Shown here piece by piece: positions 1 to 12,533 of a stretch of 21,518 nt of DNA. The DNA comes from Octopus sinensis. Taxonomy: Eukaryota. The notes below the pieces were generated by a model, which was given only the letters and a program-made list of their open reading frames with translations, was not told where the DNA came from and searched no databases. The stretch covers positions 1-21,518 of the forward strand of contig NW_021823857.1 in assembly GCF_006345805.1 (NCBI RefSeq). Direction: 5' to 3'. Every line of letters begins with the position of its first letter. Position 1 is the first letter of the stretch. Made by a program: the position numbers and the translations under genes.

Positions 1-425
1 TAATATAGTCACATATCACACTGAACTAACCCTTATATATGAACATACACATATACTTCAGCTAAAATATTTGATGCAAACATTAAACTCACAAACGTTA
101 CATTTCCTAATACAACTTCATATCAAAATCATTGAAATTTGGGGAACAAAACTGAGTTATTGAGATGCGAATTGAAACAAAGCAACTACAATAAAGGAAC
201 ATTATATTTTTCCTATTATTTCACTTTCTCTCTCAAATTCTCTCTCTTTCTTTCACATTGTCTCGCTCTCTCATATTCTCTTTGTATCTTCCTAAATCGT
301 GTTCATTCTACAAATTTGAAATGATTTTGTTTGGTTCAGTCTGAAATTTTATACATTTGTGAGCTTATATATCAGCATCAATTATTACTTTCGGAAAATA
401 GTATCAAGAAACTGAACGAACTTAC

Positions 426-497
426 AATTGTTTTAAATTTGAAAGCCCCGTGAATGTACCTTCATTGATGGTTGCAATGTTGTTGTTGTCAAGACGT
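426..497 (-). CDS. LRR exon E1 (72 nt): (L)RLDNNNIATINEGTFTGLSNLKQL
   Basis: Minus strand reads tttactctttctttactgctatag|ACGTCTTGAC...AAACAATT|gtaagt. Open, phase 2-2, matches the typical LRR consensus. Confidence 0.93.
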
Positions 498-2782
498 CTA
501 TAGCAGTAAAGAAAGAGTAAAATAGATTATATGGAAAATATTTGTGATACAACATCAAACACTGTGACTTCAGAATGAAATGAAGAAAAGAAGAAAGATA
601 ACGAAGAAGAGGAAGAAGGAGAAGGAGAGTAGGAGAAGACGAAGAAGTAGAAGAAGAAGAAAGAAGAAGAAGAAGAAGAAGAAGAAGAGAAACGGAAGGA
701 GAATTAACGAGGAGGTGGAGGAGGTGGAGGGGATTGAGGGGCGGGGATGTTTGGAGGAGGACAAAGGAAGGGATGACTGAGGAGGGGGCCGCTGCGGGTA
801 GCAGCAGAAGGAGGAGGAAGAGCTGCAGACTGAGAATAAGAGGAAGAATTGGCAGAGAATGGAAAAGAGGGAGACCAGTGACGAAGCAGGAAGTACAGAG
901 AAGAAAAAGAAGAAAAAGAAGAAGAAAAAGAAGAAGAAGAAGATACAGAAGAAGAAGAAGAAGAAAAGGAAGGAGAATTGACGAGGAGGAGGAGGAGGCG
1001 GAGGGGATGGAGAGGCGGGGATGTTTGGAGGAGGACAAAGGAAGGGATGACTGAGGAGGGGGCCGCTGCGGGTAGCAGCAGAAGGAGCAGGAAGAGCAGG
1101 AGGATGAGAATAAGACGAAGAATTGGCAGAGAATGGAAAAGAGGGAGACAAGTGACGAAGCAGAAAGTACAGAGAAGAAAAAGAAGAAGAAAAAGAAGAA
1201 GAAGAAGAAGAAGAAGAAGCAGAAGAAGAAGATACAGAAGAAGAAGGAGAAGTGGAAGAAGAAGTGGAGAAGAAGACGAAGACGAAGAAGAAGAAGAAGA
1301 AGAAGAAGTAGTAGAAGAAGAAGAAGACGCAGAAGAAGAAGAAGATACAGAAGTAGCTGAAGAAGAAGAAGAAGAAGAAGAAGCAGAAGAAGAAGAGGAA
1401 GTAGAAGAAGAAAACGACGAAGAAGAGAGGAACATGAAGAAGATGAAATAGGAAAGAAGAAGAAGACGAACAAGAAGAAGAAGGAGAAGAAGAAGAAGAA
1501 GAAGAAGAAGGAGAAGAAGAAGAAGAAGAAGAGAAGAAGAAGAAGAGAAGTGGAGGAAGAGGAAGTAGATGAAGACGAAGAAGACGATACAGAAGAAGAA
1601 GGAGAAGTGGAGGAAGAAGTGGAGAAGAAGACGAGAGACGAAGATAGAATAAGAAGAAGAAGTAGTAGAAGAAGAAGAAACGCAGAAGAGAAGAGATACA
1701 GAAGTAGCTGAAGAAGAAGAAGAAGAGAAGCAGAAGAAGAAGAGGAAGTAGAAGAAGAAAACGACGAAGAAGAGAGGAACATGAAGAAGATGAAGTAGGA
1801 AAGAAGAAGAAGACGAACAAGAAGAAGAAGGAGAAGAAGAAGAAGAAGAAGAAGAAGGAGAAGAAGAAGAGAAGAAGAAGAAGAGAAGAGGAAGTGGAGG
1901 AAGAGGAAGTAGATGAAGACGAAGAAGACGATACAGAAGAAGAAGGGGGAGTAGAAGAAGAAGAAGAAGAAGTAGACGAGAAAAGGAAGAAGAGGAAGGA
2001 GGAAATAAGATTAAGAAGAAGAAGAAGACGACGAAGAAGAAAAAGAGGAACATGAAGGAGATGAAGTAGGAAAGAAGAAGAAGACGAAGAAGAGAAGAAG
2101 GAGAAGAAGAAAAACGAAGAAGAAGAAGGAGAAGAAAAAGACGAAGTGGAGGAAGAGGAAGTAGAAGAAGACGAAGAAGAAGAAGAAGAAGAAGAAGGGG
2201 GAGTAGAAGAAGAAGAAGAAGAGGAAGTAGTAGAAGACAAAGAAAAGGAAGAAGAAGGAGAAAAATAAGAGGAAGAAGAAGAAGACGACGAAGACGAAGA
2301 GGAACATGAAGAAGAAGAAGTTGGGAAGAAGAAGACGAAGAAGAGGAAGAAGAAGAAGAAGGAGAAGTAGGAGAAGAAGAAGAAGAAGTAGAAGAAGACG
2401 AAGAAGAAGAAGGGGAACTAGAAGAAGAAGAAGACAAAGAAAAGGAAGAAGAAGAAGAAGAAGAAGAAGAAGGAGAATAAGAAGAGGAAGAAGAAGAAGA
2501 CGAAGTAGAAGAAGAAGAAGACAAAGAAAAGGAAGAAGTAGAAGAAGGAGAAGTAGAGGAGGAAAGAGCAGAAGAAGATGACGAAGAAGAAGGGGAGCAT
2601 GAAGAAGATGAAGTAGGAAAGAAGAAGAAGACGAAGAAAAGAAGAAGAAGAAGAAGAAGAAGAAAGAAGAAGAAGAATAAGAAGAAGAAGTAGAAGAAGA
2701 AGAAGAAAGAGAAGAAGAAAAAGAAGAAGGAGAAGAAGAAGAAGATGGATAAGATGATGATGAAGAAGAAGAAGAAGGATGA

Positions 2783-2813
<31 letters not shown>

Positions 2814-5800
2814 ACGAAGAAGAAGACACATTGAAAATCATAGTGTTTAAGATGAAACTGAAAATATTTTCGAAATATCAGGAAATAATTCAAGGATAGA
2901 TCGATAAATCTTGGGCGAGAAACATGGCTGAAACATCAGGGAATATACGGAATCAGAAATCAACATATTCAAATGCACTCATACGCATTCTTATATTCAT
3001 AGTATCAACGACGGAATGCGGTATGCACACTCACATCACACATATTCCCACTCACCCTTGTGGAAATATGGTGAGAGAGATTATTTATTTCATATCGCTT
3101 CATTGTCACACAAGAATATTAGAAAACACACGCTTACAAGAATTATCACATTTTAATTGTATCAGCCAAATATTCCAGCTTACAAGTACAGTAAGTATTT
3201 CAGGTTTACAGATAGAATGTATGTGACGATATTATTCGAATATATATTTTCCGCTTCCACTTCAGTTGCTCTCTTACATAATAACGTGAAGTGAATGACA
3301 AAATTCGAAGTTGAATGATAATATCGAAACACGAAGGAGAATATTGAAATAAGAAATGGAGGAGGATGTAAAATATAAAATAAAGAAATAATATAGTCAC
3401 ATTTCACACAGAACTACACATATATATGAACATACACATATATTTCAGCTAAAAATATTTGATGCAAATATGTAAACTAACAAACATTACCATTTCTAAT
3501 ACAAATTCATATCAAAAACATTGAAATTTGGGGAACAAAAATGAGTTATTGAGATGCGAATTGAAACAAAGCAACTACAATAAAGGAACATTATATTTTT
3601 CCTATTATTTCACTTTCTCTCTCAATCTCTCTCTTTCTTTCACATTGTCTCGCTCTCTCCTATTCTCTTTGTATCTTCCTAAATCGTGTTCGATCCTCAA
3701 ATTTGAATTAATTTTGTTTCGTTCAGTCTGAAATTTTATACATTTGTGAGCTTATATATCAGCATCAATTATTACTTTCGGATAATAGTATCAAGAAACT
3801 GAACGAACTTACAATTCTTTTAATTTGAAAGCCCCCGTGAATGCTCCTTCTTTGATGGTTGTCTATGTTTTTGTTGTAACCAGATATCTATAGTAGCAGT
3901 AAGAAAAGAGTAAGTTAGATTATATGGAAAATATGATGTTTACGACATCAAACGCTGTACTTTCAGAATGAAAGGAAGAAAAAGAAGAAAGATAACGAAG
4001 AAGAAAAGGAAGAATAAGAAGGAGGAGGAGGAGGAGGCAAGAAGTGAAAAGAAGAAGAATAGTAGAAGAAGAAAGGAAAGAAGGAGAAAAAAAAGAAGGA
4101 AGAAGTAATAGGAGGACAAAAAAAAGGAGGAGGAGATGGTAAAAGGGAAGAAGTAGTAGCGGAAAAGTAAAAGAAGAAGAAGGAGGAGAGGAATGAGAGG
4201 ATGCAAGTAAATGAAGAAGTAGAAAGAAGAAGAAGAAGAAGAAGGAAGAGGAGAAAAAGGGGAGGAGGAGAATGATGGAGAATAAGTAGGAGAAGATGAA
4301 AAGAAGATGAATGAAGGATGAGGAGGATAAGAATAACAAAAAGAAGAATATAAGAATAAGAAAGAGGAGTAGGAGGAGAAGTAAATGTTGAAGTAGAAAG
4401 TTTGTAGAAGAAGAAGAAGAAGATTGAGAATAGTATAAGAAGAAAAATAGTAGAAAATGAGAAGAAAAAAGAAAAAGGAGAAGGAGAAAAGAACAAGAAG
4501 AAGAATTCGAGATAAGACTCAGAAGAAGAAGAAAAATATTCTGATAGAGGGGAGGAGGAGAATTACCAAAAAAAATGAGGAGAAGGCGTAGAGTATTGGG
4601 AAGAAAGAATAAGAGAAAAATAATTAAAGAGGAAGAGGAAAAGGAGGATGAATCAATAATGGAAATTAGTAGTAAAGAAAAAGAAAGAATAATAAGAAGG
4701 AGGGTAGGAAGGGAAAGGGAATAAGAGAGGAGTAGTTGAAAAAGTTGAAAGTAAAGAGTTGAATGTAGGATAAGAAGAAGAAATAAGTGATAAGCGATCG
4801 AAGAAGAAAAGAATAATAGAAGGAGAAGCGATAGAAGAAGAAAAGAATAAGAGACGAAGAAGGAGAAGAGAATAAGAAGAAGAAGAAGAAAATGAAAAAC
4901 GAGCAGGAAGAGGAGGGGAGGAGTAGAATTTACAAAGGAAAAATGGAGGAGGGGCGAGTGGAGGTAAGAAATTTAAAGAAGAAATGAAGAATAAGAAGAA
5001 GAAGAAATTAGAAGAGGAAGAGTAGGACGGAGTAGAAGAAGAAGAAAAAGAAAAGAAGAAAAAGAAGAAGAAGAAAAAGAAGAAGAAGAAGAAAAAGAGA
5101 AAGAAAAAGAAGGATGAGAAGGAGCACGGAGGAGAGGAAGAGAAGAAGAAAATAAGAAGAGGGAGGAGAAAAGAAGAAGAGCAGAAGATACATTGAAATT
5201 ATGGCGTTCAAGATGAAACTGAAAATGTTCTTAAATTCAGGAAATAATTCAAGGATATCGATAAATTTTGGGCGAGGAGACATGGCTGAAAAATCAGGGA
5301 ATATACGGAATCAGAAATCAACATATTCAAATGCACTCATACACATTCTCATATTCATAGTATCAACGACGGAATCCGGTATGCACACTCACATCACACA
5401 TATTCCCACTCACCCTTGTGGAAATATGGTGAGAGAGATTATTTATTTCATATCGCTTCATTGTCACAAGAATATTAGAAAAAACACGCTCACAAGAAAT
5501 ATATCAGCAGTTTAATTGTATCAGGCGAAATATTGCAGCTTACAAGTACAGTAAGTATTTCAGGTTTACAGATAGAATGTATGTGACTATATTATTCGAA
5601 TATATATTTTCCGCTTCCACTTCAGTTGCTCTCTTACATATATAACGTGAAGTGAATGACAAAATTCGAAGTTGAATGATAATATCGAAACACGAAGGAG
5701 AATATTGAAATAAGAAATGGAGGAGGATGTAAAATATAAAATAAAGGAATGATATAGTCACATTTCACACAGAACTACACTTATATATGAACATACACAT

Positions 5801-8800
5801 ATACTTCAGCTAAAAATATTTGATGCAAACATGTAAACTCACAAACGTTACCATTTCTAATACAAATTCATATCAAAATCATTGAAATTTGGGGAACAAA
5901 ACTGAGTTATTGAGATGCAAATTGAAACAAAGCAACTACAATAAAGGAACATTATATTTTTCCTATTATTTCACTTTCTCTCTCAAATTCTCTCTCTTTC
6001 TTTCACATTGTCTCGCTCTCTCCTATTCTCTTTGTATCTTCCTAAATCGTGTTCGATCCTCAAATTTGAATTAATTTTGTTTCGTTCAGTCTGAAATTTT
6101 ATACATTTGTGAGCTTATATATCAGCATCAATTATTACTTTCGGATAATAGTATCAAGAAACTGAACGAACTTACAATTCTTTTAAATTTGAAAGCCCCA
6201 TGAATGCTCCTTCTTTGATGGTTGCTATGTTGTTGTAACCAAGATATCTATAGCAGTAAAGAAAGAGTAAATTAGATTATATGGAAAATATATGTGTTAC
6301 GACATCAAACGCTGTGACTTCAGAATGAAAGGAAGAAAAAGAAGAAAGATAACGAAGAAGAAAAGGAAGAATAAGAAGGAGGAGGAGGAGGAGGCGAAGA
6401 AGTAGAAAAAGAAGAAGAAGAATTAGTAGAAGAAGAAAGGAGAAGAAGGAGAAGAAAAAGAAGGGGAAGAAGTAATAGGAGGAAAAAGGAGGAGGAGGAT
6501 GGTAAAAGGGAAGAAGTAGTAGCGGAAAAAGTAAAAGAAGAAGAAGGAGGAGGAGAAGGAGGAGGATGACAAGTAAATGAAGAAGTAGAAAGAAGAAGAA
6601 GAAGAAGGAAGAGGAGGAAAAAGGAGGAGGAGGAGAATGATGGGGAAGAATAAGTAGGAGAAGATGAAAAGAAAGATATGAGAGAGGAGGGATGAGAATA
6701 ACCAAAAGAAGAATATAAAAGAAGAAAGAGGAGTAGGAGGAGAAAGTAAATTTTGAAGTAGAAAGTTGTAGAAGAAGAAGAAGAAGAAGGAGTAGAAGTA
6801 TAAGAAGAAAAAAGAGTAGAAAAATGAGAAGAAGAAAAGAAAAAGGAGAAGGAGGAAAAGAAGAAGAAAAAGATGCGGGAGAGGAGGGGGAGGAGGAGAA
6901 TTACAAGAAAAAAGGAGGAGGAAGGGCGGAGAGGATTGGGAAGAAAGAAAGGAGAGGAAAAAAGAAGTAGAAGAGGAAGAGGAAAAAGGAGGAGGAAGCA
7001 ATGAATTGGAAAAGTAGGAGTAGAAGAAAAAGAAGAAGAATAAGAGAAGGAGGAGGAGGATGAGAGGTTTAAAAGTTAAAGTAAAGAGGATGTAGGAGAA
7101 AGAATAGAAGAAATAAGTAGAAGCGATAGAAGAAGAAAAGAATAAGGAGAAGGAGAAGCGATAGAAAAAGAAGAATAAGAAGACGAAGAAGGATAAGAAG
7201 AAGAAGAAGAAGAAGAAATGAAAACGAGCAGGTAGATGAGGGAGTAGGAGAATTACAAGAGGAAATATGAGGAGGAGGCGCGGAGTGGAGGGGAAGAGAA
7301 TTTAAAGAAGAAAATGAATAATAGAAGAATAAGAAATTAGAAGAGAAGAATGTAGTAAGGAGTAGAATAAGAAGAAAAGAAATGAGAGAAAGAAGAGAGA
7401 AGAAGAAGAGAAAAGAAGAAAAAGAAGAGAAGAAAAAGAAGAAGGAAGAAGGAGCGCAGGAGGAGAGGAAGAAGAGAAGAAGAAGAAGAATAAGAAGTAG
7501 AAAAAAGAAGGAGAGATGGGAAGGAATAAGAAGTAGAGAAGAAGATTAGAAGAAGAAGAGAAGAAGATTAGGAGAAAAAGAAGAAGATAAGACGAAGAAG
7601 ATACATTGAAATTATGGCGTTCAGGTGAAACTGAAAATGTTCTTAAATATCAGAAATAATTCAAGGAGAGATCGATAAATTTTGGGCGAGAGACATGGCT
7701 GAAAAATCAGGAATATACGGAATCAGAAATCAACATATTCAAACGTACTCATTCGCATTCTTATATTCATAGTATCAACGACGGAATCCGGTATGCACAC
7801 TCACATCACACATATTCCCACTCACCCTTGGGTAAATAATGTGAGAGAGATTATTTATTTCATATCGCTTCATTGTCACAAGAATATTAGAAAACACACG
7901 CTTACAAGAAATATATCAGCAGTTTAATTGTATCAGGCCAAATATTGCAGCTTACAAGTACAGTAAGTATTTCAGGTTTACAGAAAGAATGTATGTGACT
8001 ATATTATTCGAATATATATTTTCCGCTTCCACTTCAGTTGCTCTATTACATAAATAACGTGAAGTGAATGACAAAATTCGAATTTGAATGATAATATCGA
8101 AACACGAAGGAGAATATTGAAATAAGAAATGGAGGAGGATGTAAAATATAAAATAAAGGAATAATATAGTCACATTTCACACAGAACTACACTTATATAT
8201 GAACATACACATATACTTCAGCTAAAAATATTTGATGCAAACATGTAAACTCACAAACGTTACCATTTCTAATACAAATTCATATCAAAATCATTGAAAT
8301 TTGGGGAACAAAATGAGTTATTGAGATGCGAATTGAAACAAAGCAACTACAATAAAGGAACATTATATTTTTCCTATTATTTCACTTTCTCTCTCAAATT
8401 CTCTCTCTTTCTTTCACATTGTCTCGCTCTCTCCTATTCTCTTTGTATCTTCCTAAATCTTGTTCATTCTACAAATTCGAATTGATTTTGTTTGGTTCAG
8501 TCTGAAATATTATACATTTGTGAGCTTATATATCAGCATCAATTATTACTTTCGGAAAATAGTATCAAGAAACTGAACGAACTTACAATCCCTTTAAATT
8601 TGAAAGCCCCGTGAATGTACCTTCTGTGATGGTTGCAATGTTGTGCTCGTACACATATCTATAGCAGTAAAGAAAGAGTAAAATAGATTATATGGAAAAT
8701 ATTTGTGATACAACATCAAACACTGTGACTTGAGAATGAAAGGAAGAAAAAGAAGAAAGATAACGAAGAAGAAAAGGAAGAAGAAGAAGGAAGAGGAGGA

Positions 8801-11800
8801 GGCGAAGAAGAATTAAAAGAAGAAAGGAGAAGAGGTAGAAGAAAAAGAAGAGCAAGAAGGAATAGGAGGATAAAGGAGGAGGAGGCTGATAAAAGGGAAG
8901 AAGATGTAGGAGAAACAGTAAAAGAAGGAGAAGGAGGGGGAGGAGGAGCAGGAAGAGAATAACAAGAAGAAGAAGATAAGAATAAGAAAGACGAGGAAGA
9001 AGTGGAGGAGAAGTAGATGAAGAAGTAGAAAGAAGAAAGGAGAAGAAGAAGAAGGAGAAGAAGAAGGAGAAGAAGAAGAAGAAGAAGAAGACGAAAAAGA
9101 AGGAGGATGAGGAGGGGGAGGGGAAGAAGAAGAATTGCAAGAAGAAGGAAGGGAAGAACAAGAAGAAGACGTAGAAGAATTTGAAGCAGGAAAAAGAAGA
9201 AGAAGATGAAGAAGAAGGAGGAGGAGGAGGAGGAGGAGAAGGAGAAAGAGAATAACAAAAACAGAAGTTAAGAAGGAGAAGGAGGAGGAGGAGAAGATGT
9301 AGAAGAAGAAGAAGAAGAAGAAGAAGGAAGAGGAGGAAAAAGGAGGAGGAGTAGGAGTATGAAGGGGGAGAATAAGTAGGAGAAGATGAAAAAGAAGAAG
9401 AAGATGAAGGAGGAGGAGGAGGAGGAGGAGAGGAGGAAAATAACAAAAAGAAGAATATAAGAAGAAGAAAGAGGGGTAGGAGGAGAAGTAGATAAAGAAG
9501 TAGAAAGAAGAAGAAGAATATAAGAAGAAAAAAAAGAAATAGAAGAATGAGAAGAAGAAAAGAAAAAGAAGGAGGAGGAGGAAAAGAAGAAGAAGAATTA
9601 GAAGAAGAAGAAGAAGAAGAAGAAGAAGAAGACGGAGAAGAAAAAGAAAAAAAAAGAAAAAGGAGCAGGAGAGGAGGGGGAGGAAGAGAATTACAAGAAG
9701 AAATAGGAGGAGAAGCGGAGTGGAGGGGGAAGAGAATTTAAAGAAGAAAATGAAGAATAATAATAAGAAAAAAATTAGAAGAGGAAGGAGGAGGAGGACC
9801 AGGAGGAGGAGGAGGACCAGGAGGAGGAGGAGAACCAGGAGGAGGAGGAGGACCAGGAGGAGGAGGAGGACCAGGAGGAGGAGGAGAAGGAGGTGAAATA
9901 GAAGAAAAAGAAAAGAAGAGAAGAAGAAGAGAAGTAGATGAAGTAGAAGTGGAAGAAAGAAAAGAAAAGAAGAAGAAGAAGAAGAAGAAGAAGAAGAGAA
10001 GGAGGAGGAGGCAGAAGACGAAATGACAAAAAGATGATGAAAAAGGCAGAGAAGGAGAAGTAGAATAAGAAAAAGAACAAAAAGAAGAAGAAGGAGAAGA
10101 AGAAGAAGAAGAAGAAGAAGAAGAAAAGAAAGAAGAAGAAGAGAAGAAGAGGAAGAGAAGAAGACGAAGAAGATACATTGAAAATTATGGCGTTCAAGAT
10201 GAAACTGAAAATGTTCTTAAATATCAGGAAATAATTCAAGATAGATCGATAAATTTTGGGCGAGGAGACACATGGCTGAAAAATCAGGGATATACGGAAT
10301 CAGAAATCACATATATTCAAATGCACTCATACACATTCTTATATTCATAGTATCAACGACGGAATGCGGTATGCACACTCACATCACACATATTCCCACT
10401 CACCCTTGGGAAATATGGTGAGAGAGATTATTTATTTCATATCGCTTCATTGTCCACAAGATATTAGAAAAAACAACGCTTACAAGAAATATATCAGCAG
10501 TTAATTGTATCAGGCCAAATATTCCAGCTTACAAGTACAGTAAGTATTTCAGGTTTACAGATAGAATGTATGTGACTATATTATTCGAATATATATTTTC
10601 TGCTTCCACTTCAGTTGCTCTCTTACATAAATAACGTGAAGTGAATGACAAATTCGAAGTTGAATGATAATATCGAAACACGAAGAGAATATTGAAATAG
10701 AAATGGAGGAGGATGTAAAATATAAAATAAAGAATGATATAGTCCACATTTCACACAGAACTACACTTATATATGAACATACACATATACTTCAGCTAAA
10801 AATATTTGATGCAAACATGTAACTAACAAACGTTACATTTCTAATACAAATTCATATCAAAATCATTGAAATTTGGGGAACAAAAATGAGTTATTTAGAT
10901 GCGAAGTGAATCAAAGCAACTACAATAAAGGAACATTATATTTTTCCTATTATTTCACTTTCTCCCTCAAATTCTCTCTCTTTCTTTCACATTGTCTCGC
11001 TCTCTCATATTCTCTTTGTATCTTCCTAAATCGTGTTCGATCCTCAAATTTGAATTAATTTTGTTTCGTTCAGTCTGAAATTTTATACATTTGTGAGCTT
11101 ATATATCAGCATCAATTATTACTTTCGGAAAATAGTATCAAGAAACTGAACGAACTTACAATTCTTTTAAATTCGAAAGCCCCGTAAATGCACCTTCATT
11201 GATGCTTGAAATGCTGTTGCCCGAAAGAGCTCTGTGGTAGTAAAGAAAGAGTAAAATAGATTATATGGAAAATATTTGTGATACGACATCAAACGCTGTG
11301 ACTTCAGAATGAAAGGAAGAAAAGGCAGAAAGATAACGAAGAAGAAAAGGAAGAAGAAGAAGGAGGAGGAGGAGGAGGCGAAGAAGCAGAAAAAGAAGAA
11401 GAAGAATTAGTAGAAGAAGAAAGGAGAAGAAGGAGAAGAAATAGAAAGGGAAGAAGTAATAGGAGGAAAAAGGAGGAGGAGGATGGTAAAAGGGAAGAAG
11501 TAGTAGCGGAAAAAGTTAAAGAAGAAGAAGGAGGAGGAGAAGGAGGAGGACGACAAGTAAATGAAGAAGTAGAAAGAAGAAGAAGAAGAAGAAGAAGGAA
11601 GAGGAGGAAAAAGGAGGAGGAGGAGAATGACGGGGAAGAATAAGTAGGAGAAGATGAAAAAGAAGATGATGATGAAGGAGGAGGAGGATGAGAATAACAA
11701 AAAGAAGAATATAAGAAGAAGAAAGAGGAGTAGGAGGAGAAGTAAATGTTGAAGTAGAAAGTTGTAGAAGAAGAAGAAGAAGAAGGAGAAGAAGTATAAG

Positions 11801-12501
11801 AAGAAAAAAAGAGTAGAAAAATGAGAAGAAGAAAAGAAAAAGGAGAAGGAGGAAAAGAAGAAGAAGAAGATTTAGAAGAAGACGCAGAAGAAGTAGAAAA
11901 AGATGCGGGAGAGGAGGGGGAGGAGGAGAATTACAAGAAAAAAAGGAGGAGGAGGGGCGGAGAGGATCGGGAAGAATGAAAGAAGAGGAAAAATGAAGTA
12001 GAATGGGAAGAGGAAAAAGGAGGAGGAAGCAATGAAGTGGAAAAGTAGGAGTATAAGAAAAAGAAGAAGAATAAGAAGAAGGAGGAGGAGGAGGAGGAGT
12101 AGTTGAAAAAGTTGAAAGTAGAAGAGGATGTAGGAGAAGAAGAAGAAGAAATAAGTAGAAGCGATAGAAGAAGAAAAAGAATAAGGAGAAGGAGAAGAAG
12201 AAGAAGAAGAAGACGAAGAAGGAGAAGAAGAAGAAGAAGAAGAAAATGAAAAACGAGCAGGAGAGGAGGGGAGGAGGAGAATTACAAGAGGAAAAATGAG
12301 GAGGAGGGGCGGAGTGGAGGGGGAAGAGAATTTAAAGAAGAAAATGAAGAATAAGAAGAAGAAAGAAATTAGAAGAGGAAGGAGTAGGAGGAGTAGAAGA
12401 AGAAGAAAAAGAAAAGAAGAGAAGAAGAAGAAGAAGAAGAAGGAAAAGAAGAAAAAGAAGAGAAGAAAAAGAAGGAGGAGAAGGAGCAGCAGGAGGAGAG
12501 G

Positions 12502-12533
<32 letters not shown>

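Noticed and set aside
2830-2930. RFIDLSLNYFLIFRKYFQFHLKH LRR-like peptide on the minus strand
   Set aside because: Other copies have stops or frameshifts here, and there is no matching donor at LRR length.
2924-3226. Repeated plus-strand ORF MAEKSGNIRNQKSTYSNALI... and the MGNKTELLRC... ORF in each core
   Set aside because: They recur only because the DNA is repeated. Lengths and frames vary through indels, there is no recognisable domain, and the second uses a TTG start.
5405-5420. Strong minus-strand donor-like aagg|gtgagt in the cores
   Set aside because: No partner acceptor gives a sensible open exon; unsupported without RNA data.
5540-5620. Second LRR-like exon candidate (NIYSNNIVTYILSVNLKYLLYL ending TT|gtaagc)
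   Set aside because: There is no AG or polypyrimidine tract at 72 nt, and the N-terminal LRR register does not fit. At most a cryptic donor.
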